Assembly: GCF_004010195.1 (NCBI RefSeq)
Contig: NC_057730.1
Span: 41,327,034-41,391,033 of the forward strand
DNA length: 64,000 bases
Source: Chiloscyllium plagiosum
Taxonomy: Eukaryota
Reading direction: 5' to 3'
Part shown: in pieces, positions 63,974 through 64,000 of the stretch
How the letters are laid out: the number at the start of each line of letters is the position of its first letter
Position numbering within the stretch: the stretch's first letter is position 1
Notes under the pieces: model-generated
The model's database searches: none
What the model was told of the DNA's origin: nothing
The model's input: only the letters and a program-made list of their open reading frames with translations
Translations under genes and position numbers: made by a program

Positions 63974-64000
63974 TCCGTATGTAAGGATACTAGTGAGAGT

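Larger units (their letters stand above)
63645..64000 (-). mobile_element. Penelope-like element 3' end (family C) running off the window
   Basis: Minus frames LSLVSLHTDEEGHHFDWDNT and WNSINKHIKLEPIY (GIY-YIG C-terminus-like), followed by a hammerhead motif. Confidence 0.78.

Noticed and set aside
1-64000. CRISPR arrays, operons or prokaryotic defence systems
   Set aside because: Spliced vertebrate genes and vertebrate repeats throughout; no regularly spaced repeat-spacer array seen.

Overview
Eukaryotic (vertebrate) genomic DNA. The repeat content (HE1-like V-SINEs, CR1/HER1-like LINEs, Penelope-like elements) points to an elasmobranch, probably a carpet or bamboo shark; this is inferred from repeats only. 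Genes: (1) the first coding exon of an unidentified minus-strand gene in a CpG island at ~6.5-7.0 kb; (2) complete two-exon SMCR8 (+, 11624-13992 joined to 18191-18644, 940 aa) with a probable ~7 kb 3'UTR; (3) complete two-exon TMEM11 (+, 27783-27829 joined to 36876-37392, 187 aa); (4) the last three coding exons of DHRS7B (-), convergent with TMEM11. The rest is mostly decayed CR1, RTE, SINE and Tigger-like MITE copies. The most striking non-genic signal is three families of short, often palindromic Penelope-derived elements carrying minimal hammerhead-ribozyme cores (CUGANGA..GAAA-ACGU/AGCU). Several have 14-17 bp target-site duplications and some lie inside host transcripts. Also notable: a near-identical divergent ZNF143-motif pair (40/41 bp apart) at both the SMCR8 and TMEM11 promoters, a hydrophobic uORF whose stop overlaps the SMCR8 ATG, no visible TOP3A or SHMT1 next to SMCR8, and locally templated insertions. 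All calls were made by eye; repeat boundaries are approximate.
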